A stretch of 64,000 nucleotides of DNA from Paraspadella gotoi (lineage: Eukaryota > Animalia > Chaetognatha). A program made the translations under genes and the position numbers. The stretch is from contig CM119266.1 in NCBI GenBank assembly GCA_051294375.1, positions 811,554 to 875,553 of the forward strand, written 5' to 3'. This document shows positions 52,762-64,000 of this stretch, piece after piece. Position 1 is the first letter of the stretch; every line of letters starts with the position of its first letter. The notes beneath the pieces were generated by a model that was not told where the DNA came from, searched no databases, and was given only the letters and a program-made list of their open reading frames with translations.

Positions 52762-55700
52762 ATGATAAAATCGCCGCGATCGCCGGCCGACGCGACCGTG
52801 TACGAACTGACTAACTTCGGTTTCGAGACGGCTATCATCAACTCGTCCGCCCTCCGACCCGAAGATCGCGGACGTAGCTTCACCGCCTCCATGCACGATC
52901 TCTGCGAAGCCTTTCTGCCGACCACTCCCCGGTCTGCCGGTCCTGCGGTGGCCTCGGCGTCCAAACGGGTTAAGGCCATGGCCTTCAAGACCGTGTTGGA
53001 CCACCGACTCACCATGCCCACTCAGAGCTTCTCCGTGCAGACGTTCGTCCGCGGCTACTTCGAGAGTTCCTTCGTCGAATCCTGCGAGACGCTCGAGGCC
53101 CCCTTCCAGATGACGACGGGCGGATTGGCCACCGCCGTCGGCGACTCCAAGGCGAGGCGTCTGGAGGAACTCTTCGAGAGGCTCGACGAAAAGTTCTCCT
53201 TGTTGGTGGAGGAAGAGAGAAAGGAAGGAGAGGAAGATCAGGGTAAGTTGGGTGATTTTTGAGAGTGGGGCAGTCAAGGATTTCAAACGACTGAAATATT
53301 AAGTTTATTATTGTTCCCAATCGATCTGGGATTGGAGCTTAAAAGTTTCATGTCGATAAAATTATTTCCAGTATAATTCTGTAGGATCCTATTTCTTCCT
53401 TTCTTGAACCCATTCTTTCTTTTTCATCACTCCCCCCCCCCATCCTCTTTCTCCGAATTCTCTCCCCTCATTAATCTTTTCCTTCTCCAACCCCCTTTTC
53501 CCATCGCCAGGACCTACGACGCCGACGGTGGCCAAGCTCCTCCACCTTTTGGCCTCTTTGCGTCGCGAGGACGCCCCCCCGGAAGTGAAGACGGATGTGG
53601 TTCCGTATAAGACTCACTCGTCGCCTAGTCGGTTCCATCGTCACTTCAACGTCGACGTTTGGGTCCACGAGAGAGACATCGGGCGAAAGTGGCCCTCCAC
53701 CACCATTCATTTCGGGTCATTAGTCAAGATGTTTAAAATTTTTAAAGTCTGTCCCTCTGTCTTTCTATTTTTCTCTCCGTTGTTGGAGGTGTATGTTTGT
53801 CGTAGGTATTCTCATTGTTTCATCATCAGACCTTATGCAAAATAAACGCTTAAAGTAACCTCCCCCTTCCACCCCCCCTTCCCCTCATCTCGCGCTTCCT
53901 AACACAGTCCGACGATCTCCTTGGAGACGGCATCCTCCTTCGTGCCTCTCATCTCGCCCAGCCAACCATTTCGCGATGGGTTCGAGGGGTCTCGCGGCGC
54001 ACGCACTTCCTCCGGATCCGATATTTCGGTTCTGATGTCTTTTTTCAATTCTTTCTCTCTCTCTCCATTTGTTGTTAGTGGCCGGCAAAAAAATAAGAAT
54101 GATCGCATTTTCGAAACGGTCTCAAAATCAAATTAGAATTTCAATTCATTTTTATGAATTTTCTTTCCATTTCATTTCATTTCTTTTCCTTTTCAGATAT
54201 TTTTCGTTTCCCTTCTTTTGAATTCATTTTATCTTAATTTTAATTCTCTTCACCAAGTCTCCCTTCTCTCGCCCCTCTTCCAGACTTCCAACGGCCTCTC
54301 TTCGCTAGACGACTCCCCCGTTCCGCGCGGCCTGACGCTCCCGCGAGGCTGGGTCGCAGGGCGCGCCTTTCTCCCAGCACGGCGCCGCTTTTATCGAACG
54401 GAAGTGGGCGAGTCGCCCATCGCCCGACGCCGGTTCGAGGCGGCGATGGAAGCGACGATCGACGTCAAATATCTCCTGCTCGGAGTCAATTCAGCCACGT
54501 TTAGGTTTGTTTGTTTGTTCGTCAATTTGTTTGCTTGTCTCATAATTCTTTCTCTTCGTAGATGGTCACGTCGCCGCAACCGTTTCCACCAATGTCGTCC
54601 GCTCCCCTGGCCCTCGCCCCTGGTGGACGAGCTTCTCCAGATCGGCGCCTCCATGAAGCGACTTGAGACATTTTGCGGCGACGTGGCGTCTTCCTCTTCC
54701 GGTCTCATCCTCCGCGCCTTCGCCGAGTGCCTCTCGCAGGTCCTCCGCTTCGTCCACGCCATTTACGTCTCCCTTCCCGCGGACAACTTCACCGTGCTGC
54801 AGCTGTATAACGTGACCGGAGATGTGGCCGCTCAGGTTTTGACGAGCGGGTTGGGGCTGTATAATGGTTTGGGCTTTTAGAGGGAAGGTGGTACGAAGAT
54901 AAGTAAATAATAACTGAAGAAACAGAAATAAAAGTGAAACGTTTCAACATTAACTTGACTTTTTTCTTTACCTTTTCTAACTTCGACAGGTCAAGTTTCT
55001 CTCCGACTTTTGCCACGGCCTTACCCACCGCCTCACCATCGGCGGCGGCGTGGGCGGGCTCGACCTTCTCTCCCGAGTCTACGACGCCGCGGTCCTCGCC
55101 TCCGCCTCCGCTAACGGACTGCAGCCGCTGTTACTGGCGCTGCTCTCCGCCACTCTGGCGCCGCTGCTGAGGAGTCTCGGCGATTGGATCTTTCAGGGAG
55201 ACCTCGCCGACGCCGACAACGAGTTTTTCGTGAGTCAAGTTGGATTGGGAGTTATTTTCTTAAGTTTATACGGATGGAATTATATTAAAGCATACGTATA
55301 ATAATAGTGCTCAAATTTAGAATACAAAAAAAAATATGCTTACGAATCAGAAGGCGCACTTCTGGTTGCTTTTTTTTTTGTTCATTTGTCAAAACCCTTT
55401 TGTTGGACATAAACTACACTTCTACTTCTCATCAACCCGCCTCGCTCTCTCCCTCCATTTTGCCGCGCACGCGAATACAACCGCGACCACCGTCCCCGCC
55501 AGTCCCAACATTCCCGCGACTTTCACCCTTTCCACTGGCTTCAGAGTCGTTCCCTCTTCCGCGCATTTCTTGATTTTGAGTCCTTTGATCGATTCGAAGA
55601 GCTCTTCCATCTCCCCCGTTTCCCGCATTCTCTGCAAGTGGACGTTGTAGGCGAAGAGGAGCCCCGTCTCGTCGGGGCGAAAGGCGTGGTACCGTTTGTA

Positions 55701-58700
55701 AACGGCGTCGAAGGTGGAAGTGAAGGTCGCTTCGCATTTTGTTGTCGAACTAATCAAGTCCATCTGAAAGTAAAGCAAATTGAACCACGTGACGAGTACC
55801 TTTCCAGAATCGAGCAGTTTCTGTGTGGCGTTTTTCATTTCGCTCGGGTCTTTGTTTTCGTAGGCTTCCATTTCCGCGGTTTTGAACTCCTCGTACCTGT
55901 GGAGTGTGAAAGGGATGCGGTCGGTGAGAGTCGCTGTTTTTGAAGAGATCTTCTGCTATTTTAACTTTAAGTCACAATTTAATGTACAAAGTTTCATTTT
56001 TCTTCTAATTGGAATTGTAATAATTCCAATTTGGTTTCTTACTTATCTCTTAATCTCCCAATGGCCGATAAGTTGGTATTTTTGTAATTTTTGTGCCAGA
56101 AGAATTTCCATTTTCCCGTCTGGAGGTCGTCGAGGGATTTTAGATTCGAGGTCATTCGATTAACCTGCATTTAAAATAAGGCTTGTTATTGAAATTCCAA
56201 GTATGGACGTACTGATTCTGTCATACTGTCATATCAGAAGCGACGTGTGCCGAAAAGAGAGTGATCCCCACGAAGGATGCCAAGGTCCACGCAGTCGTCA
56301 TGATCCTGAAAGCGGCGCCGTGACTGAAATGCCCGTCCCCGATTCCCAAAATTGTCAGATGAAAGTTCCACGCCCCGTCGCCGGCGGCGCCATTTTCGCA
56401 GCGCGCCACCACTGCCGCGCCGAGATAGCCTACGGTTAAGATACCGAGCGCTGCCAACCAGTGCGACGTCGTGAGAAAAGTGGAGATCTCCAGCGGAGCG
56501 CCGATTTCAGGACGCGCGTTTTTTCTTACGATGATTGTGGGCAAGCCGATGACGGCGTGAGAGAATGCCACCCGTCGAGCTGAAGCTGACGTCATTTCTA
56601 CAGAGTTGACAACGGCGGAAACATCTGGCCGCTCCTGGAACACTCTCGTGACGTTACTTGTCTCGAGTAGGTCACCCACGTCGACGAGCGTGTAGTTAAT
56701 TGGGCAGAAGGCGAAGAATCCCCGCCACAATGCGGGGCTGTAGCCTTGAAATCCGTGGAGACTCTGGATTCCGTTAGTTGGTCGAATCATGTCGAACGGC
56801 TGTGCCGCGTAGGCGAGAACAAATTGTCGGTCCGAGGAGCAAATCTCCATTGCGTCGTAGCCTATCCGTTTGACGAAGGTTTGTCCAGCGGATGTGACGT
56901 TTCCGATATGTTCGCCACCAACGACTTTTGCCATTGTCCAAAGGGCTGCCCAAATCCCTAGTTTAACGAAAGGGTTCATTGTCGGTGGATTTGAGCTCAA
57001 CGATGATTAAAGAAACGTGTCAAATCGATGATTGTCTTTCTTAATGTCAATTTGTAAAACACTAAATAGCGAATTCACTTGGAATAATTTTTTTCCCCTT
57101 GATTTGTTGATTCGTTTTGAAGCCTGAGTTGTTAAGTTTTTTTTTTTATAATTTTTTAGAAATTTATTTCGGATGATATTTTCTTTATTCGTTTTTTTGA
57201 GCTACGCGATGGATAAAACGGCAGCTACATAAATAAATATTTGCTGGAACTAAGTGTTTGAAAACAATTCTATAGACTATACGATGGATGTCTTTCGTTC
57301 TTCTCCCGTTTCAGGTCAAACGGGCCAAGGACGACATTCCCGTTCGCGATCCACGCTTCCTATCGAAGGCTTTCGTTCTCCGCAAGTCAGGCTCCAGGTT
57401 TATCCCAGACTTTCTCCAGCCGCTTCTACCTGGTAAGTTTGAAACGGACGAGCTTTTCGATTGATATAAAATCGCTGTCGTCGCTGATTTGTGTCGTTGT
57501 TTGATCTTCCTTTTGTTTCTTTTCACGATCGATTTTTCGTTTTTCGTTTCGAATCTACATTCGATATTCTTTTTCCGTTTGCGATCTGACATTTGTGGAT
57601 TATTTTTTCTATCGATTTTCCAGGAATTTTGAGCTGCGGAAAATGCGTCGTTCTAATGCGCGTCCTTGAACCCAACCACTTCGTCGTCGCGGCCAGAGAG
57701 GGTCTGCAATCGCAGCAACAGCAACAGCAGCCACCAAAACCAACCCTGACTTTTTGTCCGGATGACATCGCGAAAATAGTCAGCAAGTAGGTTCTATGGA
57801 GAATATTTAATTACTTAACTAGCTCGTATTTTCACTTACCCCTCATGGCTCACCCATTTACTCTCCCGGTTCCCCACCAGATGCCGTCGCTACTCCCAAC
57901 AGGCGTCGTCTCAGTCTAAATCGTGGAACGACGCCTGGCGTCGTCGTCGCCGGCGCCGCGAGGAAGAAGAGTTGGAGCAGCGGCGCCTGGCACGGCGCAA
58001 GGCCCTCCGCCATCTCGAGCTCAAGCGGGAGCGAGAGGACCGAGCGAGGGAGGAGGAAGAGGAGCGGAGAAGAGGAGCGAGGGAGGCGCTGAGGAGACAG
58101 ATGAGGGAGACGAGGGACAAGAGATCGTCCAAGTCGGTGGACGAGGAGGCCTCGGGAAGGTGAAGAGAGGGTGGAAGGTGGTGGATGAGAAGGGGGGGGG
58201 TCATGGTCATCGTAAATCATTAATTCGATTATAAAATGATGATTCCTTCGTCTTTCTTTTTCTGTCCAAGCTCTTAGTTATTCCGACGGGTAAAAGCTTC
58301 CATTCTAATCAGATCCAGAAAACGATCGATTTCCTCCGACAACGGAGAACGCACCACGACGACGACGACGACGACGACGGCCGTGGAGGGGGAGTCGACG
58401 GACGATTTGAGTCTGGAGCTGCTGGAGGACTTCGCGCTGTCGGAACCGGGGACCAGCGCCAGCAGCAGCACCAGCGGCAGCCTGGGTCAGTCCAATGGTG
58501 ACACTTCCGACGAAAGTCTCAGCTGTCGTGCTATCGTCGAGGTAAGATTTTCTTTGTTTTTGTTAGATGGAGAAGGAAGCGGCCCTGTTATATTCTGAAC
58601 GAATAAACACAATTAATTTATAGTAAATACATAAATAACAGATACAGACCAACAGACTGACCGATCTACTAAGAGTGTCCTCTAAAAATATTTGTAAAGA

Positions 58701-61700
58701 TTAGAAATAAACATTGTATACACAATTGTTAATTATTTAAATCGACCTTTAGGGCGACTCGTCGGAATCCTTTCGCACAGCGCTGGAGCAGCAGATGCAG
58801 CCGGACGGAGCGACGGCGACGACTTCGGAAAGCGCTCTCGAGTCGGACGCCACATTCGTGACGGGACGGACTTTTCGGTCGGACGTGGAATCGGACACGA
58901 ACGTCAGCGAGCAGATGGTTTCTGAGAGTCGGCGCCTTGAAGAGATCGGCACGATCCCCGAAGAGGCGGAGGCTGGCGAAGAAGGCGTTCTCTTCGACGT
59001 CGCCGCATTCGAAGATCTGGACGCCGATCGCGGAGGTGACGCCGCCATCTCTCGACCAACTCGACGCGGCGATTGGGCGTCGGGCCGAGACTTTCAACTG
59101 CTGGGATTCGAGGCGGGAGTCGGCGAAGTCTCCGACCCTTCATCGCCGACGCCGACGACGACCTCCAGCGCCGATGCTGCCTCGCTGGGTCCGCGGCGTT
59201 CTCGCCTCTCGAGCGCAGCTTCGTCCACATCGTCCGCCGATCGCTCGTCCTCCTCTTCCCTCTCCTCCGTCCTTGAGGCGGGAGAAACGCGACGACGCCC
59301 GCCCGAAGCGTCGCGGCGCCACTGGGAAATGCGAGCCGCCGCCGGAGGCTACGGACGCCACCGGTTGTCGTGGATGTCGACGTCGTCGGAGAGCGGCGAG
59401 GAGATGTTCGAGGGAGGGCCGGCCGCAGCGGCGCTGGCGGCGGAGGCCAGGAAGACGCGACCCACTTTTTTAAAGATCGGCGAGGTGGACGACGGAGAGG
59501 AGGAGGAGGAGGAAGGAGACGGCGCTAAATCTTCAGAAGTTCCCGGCGCTCCAGGCGCGGTGACCAGGAAATCTCGCAAGGCTCGAACCGGCGTTGCCGC
59601 GCCAACCACTGGAAGTTCACCGACGACGCCACCGGGAGAGGAGCGGACGCTCGTTCCATCGGACCCAGAGTCCAGCGATAGTGACACGCTGCTGTCGCCG
59701 CCGCCGGCGTCGTCTTCGAGGGAAACGCCGCCGCCGCCGCCCGTGACGACGGCGACGACGAAGAAAGCGACTTCGTTGCGGTGAGAAGAGGCGTGTCGTG
59801 GTTTTGAGGGTTTTTTTCAGAACTGTAAGATATTATTATTTATATGTTTATTTATTTTCTATAGCTACCGCGACGACTACAACTCGGCCTTCTCCGAGCC
59901 ACCCACCCTCCAACCTCCATCCGCCTCCACCACCTCGGTCCCTCGCAAAGAGAAGTCGATCGATCTCTCTCTCCCTCTCGCCTCAGTGTTGGAGAAGTGC
60001 GTCGTGGATCCAATCCGCGTCCGCGTTGACGCCGTCAACTCGGCCGTTCTCAACTACTTCCTCCTCGACCTTCAGCTCATGGATCACTTCCTCACCCTCC
60101 GCCGCTTCATGCTGCTGGAGGACGGCGAGTTCGCCGAGACTCTCTCCGAGTCGCTCTTCGATCGGCTGCAGCAAGTTCCGGCGCTCGGGGATCGCGTCTT
60201 CAACCCCGTCTTTCTCGAGGAGACGCTTCGAGCGGCGCTGACGGCGTCTACATACGCGCCGCTGTTGGTAGACGCCTCCGCCGGGTTCGCCTCGACGACG
60301 GCGCCGCCACTGATGTCGTCGTCGTCTTCGTCCGAATCGGCACCGCCGGCGTCGTTGACCGACAACCTCGCTCTTTCTCTGAGCGACGCCGCGTCCGGCG
60401 ATGAAGAGGACGACGCCGCCGAGGCAGGCGACGACGCAGACGACCGAGAGCGTCGTCTGTTAAATCCCGACGACGCTGACTGCCTGCTCCGTTTCCGCTT
60501 AGACTACGACGTTCGGTGGCCACTCAACATGATAGTGACTCGATCCGCCCTCTCCAAATATAATCGCGTCTTCGGCTTCGTGCTGCAAATGAAGTACGCG
60601 GCTTGGGCCTTGAAGGACGTTTTCTACGTGCTCAAGGTGGCCGGAGTGGAACACAACAGGCGCTTCAGGCCAGAGGATAGTGTCGACGTTAAGATTTTGA
60701 CGAGGCTGCAGCTTTACCGGCACGAAATGTTTCATTTCGTGAGGGTCTTGCAGGTAAAAGGGGATACCATTCGGGGAAAGCGATGGATTTTGATTATAAG
60801 ATTATCAAATTTAAAAAGAATTAATTATTTAAAGTTATATTAACAGGAAAAAACTTTTATACCCTTTTTTCTTTCTGCACAGATAAAACAGTTATAAATT
60901 CAAGAATTAAATTCACATGACATAAAAACTCCTCACTTATGTCCCCCACCTTGCCACGCACCACATTTTTAGGGTTTCGTGGCCAACCGCGCCTCCTACA
61001 ACTGCTGGGAGGAATTCTGCGAGCGACTCCGCGCCAACTCTCGTCACGTGGACGACCTCCACGCAGAGCACTCGGAGTTCCTCTCCCGTGCGCTTCACAA
61101 AAGTCTGCTCAGCACTAAGTGCGAGCCGTTGCGCAGGAAGGTTTGTCGTTGTGGTTGTGGGTTGTTTTTCTGTTTGTGGTGGTGAGATACACTGGGAAAT
61201 AAAAATATAATATAATAATGTTTTGTATATATGTATTTCTATAGCCTAACTTTTCTACCTTCTCTTCATCCAAACTCTTCCCTATCATTCTCTCCTCTTA
61301 CTCTCTCCCTTCACTCACCCTCCAACTTACTCCCCCCTGCAAGGTCGGCGTCATCTTCTCCTGCATCCTCAAATTCCGCTCTTTGCTCAAATCCTCCGAA
61401 TTCGTCGTCGTCGAGGCGCCGCTGCGCCGCCGGACGGAAGCCTCGGATGAAGGCCTCCCCTCTGCCGCTGCTGAGCCGTCGGGCGCGGCAGCGCCGACCG
61501 CTGCGGGCCTCGCCCCGCCCCCTCTCGCCCCCTCTGGCGAATCAATGGAGAGCAGCTTCGATTTCAGCTTCGACGAATTGGAGGCTTATCGTCGGCCGGT
61601 ATCTGCCACCGCCCCCGTCTGCGTTGTCGGCCTCAAGCTGGTCCACCGGCACCAGAAGAGAATGAAGGCCTGCTACGTGGAGTTCGCCAAGAACGCCAAC

Positions 61701-61817
61701 TCCCTCTTTAAGAACAAAACGTTCAATCAATTGACGCGCACGGGACAGTGGGCCATCTCCTACAACTTGTCCGACTCTGGCAGGACGTCCGCCAGTCTGG
61801 AAGACTTGGTCGATTGA
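52762..61817 (+). CDS. TUBGCP6: Gamma-tubulin complex component 6
   Basis: N-terminal DLCEAFLP...KARRLEELFE; GRIP1 motifs (DVKYLLLGVNS, DWIFQG..D...EFFV, CGKCVVLMR); a long low-complexity insertion; GRIP2 motifs (VNSAVLNYF...LRRFMLLEDGEFAETLSESLF, YDVRWPLNMIVT...KYNRVFGFVLQMK, LQLYRHEMFHFV). About 14 GT-AG exons, including 52762-53242, 54990-55229, 57315-57431, 59865-60753, 60973-61140 and 61344-61817. Confidence 0.92.
55422..56979 (-). CDS. Divergent ionotropic glutamate receptor / IR-like ligand-gated channel without an ATD, nested in a TUBGCP6 intron
   Basis: Exons 56227-56979, 56043-56164 and 55422-55896 splice in phase to ~449 aa. Order: signal peptide, S1 (QPF...GYSPALW...VEMTSASARRVAFS), M1, pore (AWNFHLTILGIGDG), M3 (RIMTTAW...LFSAHVASDMT, compare YTANLAAFLT), S2 (LKSLDDL...YNVHLQRMRETGEMEEL...C), M4, short tail. 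Confidence 0.85.
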
Positions 61818-62782
61818 AGGACAGGAAAGTTGATTGAGACGGAATGAAAACTAAATTAATCAAAACCACGGATGTGACCGCTGACCTTCTATTACCATCC
61901 TTCTGTTTGTTGATTGTGAAATGTGAACTCTGTTTACTCTCCTAAAGAATGTTTACTGACTTGTGTCTAATTTGGCCCTATTTTTTTTTTTTTTTTTTTT
62001 TTTGAAATCGTCATTTCCGATCAGACCGATATCTTTAGGACAAAATTGTATTTATTTAGTTATTACTTACTGCTTCCTCTACTAAAGTTTTCTTTTAGCT
62101 TTTACCTATGTTAACTCCTTTCTGTTAGTTTCTAATACATATTACCCAAATCCTACCATATTCCATACCAGTTCTTGTTGCTAATTTACTGAATCTATCG
62201 TATTTAATATTTATCATAGATGCGGAAAAAGTTTCTCTCTAAATCTTAAAACATCTTAAAATCTTACAAAATGTATTCATTTCTCATTTGCGACTAATTT
62301 ACTCATTTTCTATATTAGTTAAACAAAAAAAATTATTTTATTGAAACTCATTGTATTTTTGATTGTAGCATTTTCTGTTTTACTTTACAATACAAATTTT
62401 ACGCGGTATTCGTTTGTCTTCCTTAAAATAATAATTATAGTAGTCAGATTTTCTAAAAAACTTTTACAGGAAATTTTGATGAAGATAGAGCTAATAAAGC
62501 CGAGACAAAAGAAGCGGATCACTAATAAAAGTTATGTTGACTTACGATGCCGAACTAATAAGAAAAAATACCTCATTTAAATGATTTTAGCTGTAAGTTT
62601 GTGTTAATTCAAAATGTTCCACAAAAGTTTGTACAACATAAATGATATCATTTCTCGCTTAATTTTGAAAGTTTTAAATGTAAAACCAAAGTCACTTTAT
62701 GACGGCATTTGATCCGACGTCAAATCAAAATATGGCAGTTCGGGAAAAACAAATGATTTAAATGGACCAATCAATCGATCGA

Positions 62783-63421
62783 TCACGATTCGGTGTAAAA
62801 GATCTGGTTGTCGCCGCCATGCTTCTCCCACAACTTCATGCTCGTCCCTTGCTCCTGGGAATATTCGGGGACGTCGACTGCGCGACCGTTGCCGATCGCC
62901 GAGACGATCACCCACGAGTTGTCGCCATCGCCGGCCGGCTGATAATTGACGGTAGCGTTTAAATAAAATCAATGAATAAAGTTTTTTAGGTAATGAAAAT
63001 TTGGGTAATATATATATAATTATATAGTTATAGTTCCAAATGGCAACTAAAAGAATATAAAATGAGTTGCGTTTAAGTTACTCCCTGTTTCACAAGAAGC
63101 CTCCTTAAAAAGATGTTTAGTCAGACCCACCTCAAACTTCCACTGTTGATTGACGCCGCCGTGGAGCTCGTACTTGATGATGTCCGCTCCGTCGTCGTCA
63201 GCGCCCCTGGCGGAAAACGAAAAAAAAAAAATTTTCACCTTAGTGCGTTCAATTGATCATTTGTTTCTAAAAGTTTTCTCCCTTTTGTATTTTTCCCTCA
63301 CTTCTTTTATTTACCCGGCGACGTCCAAAGCCTTCCCGTCGTTCTCACTGACGATGTGATACTTATCGTCCTCAACGTGAATCAAACGGAACTTTTGGTG
63401 ATCGCCGTCGTTGCGTTCCCA
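62783..63421 (-). CDS. Ricin-B (beta-trefoil, QxW) lectin domain protein, last three exons
   Basis: Exons 63315-63421, 63131-63206 and 62783-62938 splice in phase to WERNDGDHQKFRLIHVEDDKYHIVSENDGKALDVAGGADDDGADIIKYELHGGVNQQWKFEPAGDGDNSWVIVSAIGNGRAVDVPEYSQEQGTSMKLWEKHGGDNQIFYTES*. Confidence 0.88.
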
Positions 63422-63580
63422 CTAGAAAGTGACAAAGATCTGATGAAGCTTTTTTCAACAAAATGGAATTATGACGTTCTTTATTTCGTAATGAAAATGA
63501 GCCACACTAAATTAATAAAGTTTTCATTTCTAATTACATATCGTCAGCAACTTTGATAGGAAAAGGCGAGTACTCGCGGA

Positions 63581-63735
63581 GCATCTCTATAAGACACTTT
63601 TCGTTCGGACTGTCGGACTGTCAGTCGTTCGGTATGTCTGTCCATTGGTCTGTCCTAGTTAAAAATTTGCCTATAGTTGCTCATTTGTTAAGACAGAAAA
63701 AACCTAAAATCTCTGGGACTGGTAGCGCCGCCTTC
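63581..63735. mobile_element. Non-autonomous interspersed repeat, copy 2 (inverted relative to 25184-25330)
   Basis: Shares several blocks with 25184-25330 in reverse complement. Confidence 0.6.
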
Positions 63736-64000
63736 AGGAAATCTAAAACTATAAAGAATAAATGACGGAATTCCGTTAAAGTCGTCATGTCATGTCGGGT
63801 CATTTTATGTCATGTATCGTCATGTTACGTTATGTCACGAGAAATACTCCTGAAAATAAAGTCACTGAGTCGCAACACATTGGATGAACCGATCTTGTTT
63901 TTTTTTCATTGTACTGTACCGCGTTTTAAACTCTTCTCGGATTATTTAGAAGATATAAATTGATAGTTTGATAATATGATAATATGATGTGAACGTATTT

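Noticed and set aside
56420-56445. TVGY in the nested receptor resembles a K+ filter
   Set aside because: It lies in the M1 helix (GILTVGYLG). The pore loop is the downstream LTILGIGD.

Overview
Eukaryotic (animal, probably invertebrate) genomic DNA with AT-rich GT-AG introns, GC-rich exons, many (AG)n microsatellites and two N gaps. The ORF track is mostly noise, so gene models were spliced by hand and checked for phase. From left to right: the 5' exons of a MATE/SLC47 transporter (-), head-to-head with a CUB-LDLa-TM receptor gene (+); a ~12.4 kb inverted duplication (969-13366, centred on the N gaps) whose right arm lies inside an intron of the CUB gene; two tRNA-Val(CAC) genes; a type II transmembrane trypsin-like protease (-); a flotillin-like gene with only the SPFH domain (+); a large GPATCH8/ZNF804-family gene with no visible G-patch or zinc finger (+); TUBGCP6 (+); and the 3' exons of a ricin-B lectin gene (-). 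The most interesting element is a compact three-exon, ~449 aa ionotropic glutamate receptor-like gene nested antisense in a TUBGCP6 intron. It has no amino-terminal domain, a K+-channel-like pore motif (LTILGIGD), and lacks the ligand-binding Arg. Family assignments rest on remembered motifs, not database searches.
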